A stretch of DNA of 16,884 bases from Candidatus Bipolaricaulia bacterium (GTDB taxonomy: Bacteria > Bipolaricaulota > Bipolaricaulia > JBHIAT01): positions 1 through 16,884 of the forward strand of contig JBHIAT010000070.1 of the NCBI GenBank assembly GCA_046758705.1, given 5' to 3'. Below are positions 15,557-16,884 of this stretch, piece by piece. Positions within the stretch are counted from its first letter, which is position 1; each line of letters begins with the position of its first letter. The position numbers were made by a program, and so were the translations under genes. Under the pieces are notes generated by a model. That model did not search any database. It saw only the letters and a program-made list of their open reading frames with translations, and had not been told where the DNA came from.

Positions 15557-16600
15557 ATGACCACTCAAAACGTACATGTAGCCGTCAATGGCTACGGCGT
15601 CATCGGCAAGCGGGTCGCCGATGCCGTGCGGTTGCAACCTGATATGGAGCTCGTCGGCGTAGCCGACGTCGTCAGCGACTACCGGGTGAAGACCGCGGTA
15701 GTCCTCGGTTTGCCCGTCTACGTCTCGTTGCCGGAGAAGGCGGACGAGATGAACAGAGCCGGTATTCCGGTGGCAGGGACCCTGGATGACCTACTGCCCC
15801 AGGTAGACGTAGTGGTGGACTGTACACCTAAGGGTATCGGTGCCAGAAACCTGGAGCGCTATCGGACAGCTGGCGTGAAGGCCATCTTCCAAGGGGGTGA
15901 GAAGCACAGCCTGACAGGCCACTCCTTCGTGGCCCAGGTCAACTATGAGACAGCGCTGGGCCGAGATGCAACACGCGTTGTATCGTGCAACACCACCAGC
16001 ACGGTGCGTACCTTAACCGCCCTACGAGACGCTGACCTGTTGAAGAAGGCCCGGGGCGTGCTGGTGCGCCGCGCCACGGATCCCTGGGAGTCCGATCACA
16101 GCGGCATCATGAACACCGTGGTACCCGAGCCGCACATTCCCAGCCACCAGGGGCCGGACGCTCAGACCGTGGTGCCGGATCTGGACGTGATCACCCTGGC
16201 AGCCCAAGCAGCTCATACCCAGACACACAACCATTACTGGGTGGTCGAACTGACCCGCTCGGCCAGTCGCGAGGAGGTGCTTGACGCGTTCCGTGCTGCG
16301 CCACGCATCGCCCTCATCCGCGTGAGTGATGGCATCGTAGCCCTCAACAGCACCATCGAGTTGATGAAAGACCTGGGCCGACCTCGGGGCGACATGTGGG
16401 AAGTCGCCCTGTGGGAAGATGTGTTAACGGTGAACGGAAGCGAGGTCTACTACACCTATCAGGTCTACAACGAGGCCATCGTCGTCCCCGAGAGCGTGGA
16501 CGCGATTCGCGCCCTGACGGGTATCGTAGCGGACGGACGGGAATCCATCCGCATCACCGACGAGACCATGGGTATACGGCGTGACTTCCTGGTCCGTTGA
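15557..16600 (+). CDS. Type II (archaeal-type) glyceraldehyde-3-phosphate dehydrogenase
   Basis: VAVNGYGVIGKRVADAV, DVVVDCTPKGIG, AIFQGGEKH, RVVSCNTT, RRATDP, PSHQGPD and EAIVVPE: class II signatures, unlike bacterial GFGRIG/ASCTTN. Confidence 0.93.
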   Translation: MTTQNVHVAVNGYGVIGKRVADAVRLQPDMELVGVADVVSDYRVKTAVVLGLPVYVSLPEKADEMNRAGIPVAGTLDDLLPQVDVVVDCTPKGIGARNLERYRTAGVKAIFQGGEKHSLTGHSFVAQVNYETALGRDATRVVSCNTTSTVRTLTALRDADLLKKARGVLVRRATDPWESDHSGIMNTVVPEPHIPSHQGPDAQTVVPDLDVITLAAQAAHTQTHNHYWVVELTRSASREEVLDAFRAAPRIALIRVSDGIVALNSTIELMKDLGRPRGDMWEVALWEDVLTVNGSEVYYTYQVYNEAIVVPESVDAIRALTGIVADGRESIRITDETMGIRRDFLVR

Positions 16601-16642
16601 GGGGTGCAAAATGATGCGTCGATTCATCAGGAGGAGGCTGAG

Positions 16643-16884
16643 ATGAAGCCGATTCGTACCTTTACCGTCATTCCATCACTGCCGGCCCCACTGGAACGCC
16701 TGCGAGAACTGGCTTACAACCTGCACTGGGCCTGGAACCACGATGTCATCGAGCTGTTCCGTCGGCTCGATAGCGATCTGTGGGAGACGACGGGCCACAA
16801 TCCCGTTCTGATGCTGGGGACGATCGATCAGGCGCAGCTCAAAGCCGCCGCGGCCGATGAAGGGTTCCTGGCCCACCTGGAGCG
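16643..16884 (+). CDS. glgP: Alpha-glucan (glycogen) phosphorylase, 5' part (runs off the right edge; not in the ORF track)
   Basis: SD AGGAGGAGG; MKPIRTFTVIPSLPAPLERLRELAYNLHWAWNHDVIELFRRLDSDLWETTGHNPVLMLG matches the N-terminus of bacterial alpha-glucan phosphorylases. Confidence 0.9.
   Translation, partial: MKPIRTFTVIPSLPAPLERLRELAYNLHWAWNHDVIELFRRLDSDLWETTGHNPVLMLGTIDQAQLKAAAADEGFLAHLE

Overview
Bacterial window with no mobile element, RNA gene or CRISPR array recognisable. It holds three gene modules. (1) Copper/thiol-redox genes: a partial SAM methyltransferase (- strand), ccdA-tlpA, a lone Tat-type Rieske protein, a DUF411/CopG-like gene, a YHS-HMA-HMA Cu(I) P1B-ATPase (copA) and a CupA-like cupredoxin. 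Three transcription units here (ccdA, Rieske, copA) share the same architecture: a near-consensus sigma70 promoter followed 8-9 nt later by a G/C-tract palindrome CCC(A/T)CCCC-N4-GGGG(T/G)GGG, resembling a CsoR/RcnR-family operator. (2) A sulfite-reduction operon: TusA, siroheme sulfite reductase, an overlapping 2x[4Fe-4S]-FrhB/FpoF-like (F420-binding family) protein, an unannotated 57-aa CPxCG zinc-finger protein, an alkaline-phosphatase-superfamily hydrolase and two siroheme-synthesis genes. It is preceded by a 400-nt structured leader containing a Cys-containing 9-codon ORF with a perfect Shine-Dalgarno (SD). (3) Carbon-metabolism genes packed directly behind copA: patatin, an ldh lacking its NAD-binding N-terminal segment, pfkA, archaeal-type (type II) GAPDH and the start of glgP. 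The best candidates for new biology are a split, possibly F420-dependent assimilatory-type sulfite reductase, its putative cysteine-sensing leader peptide, and a probable copper regulon with unexpected members. All calls come from manual motif reading; no database searches were run.
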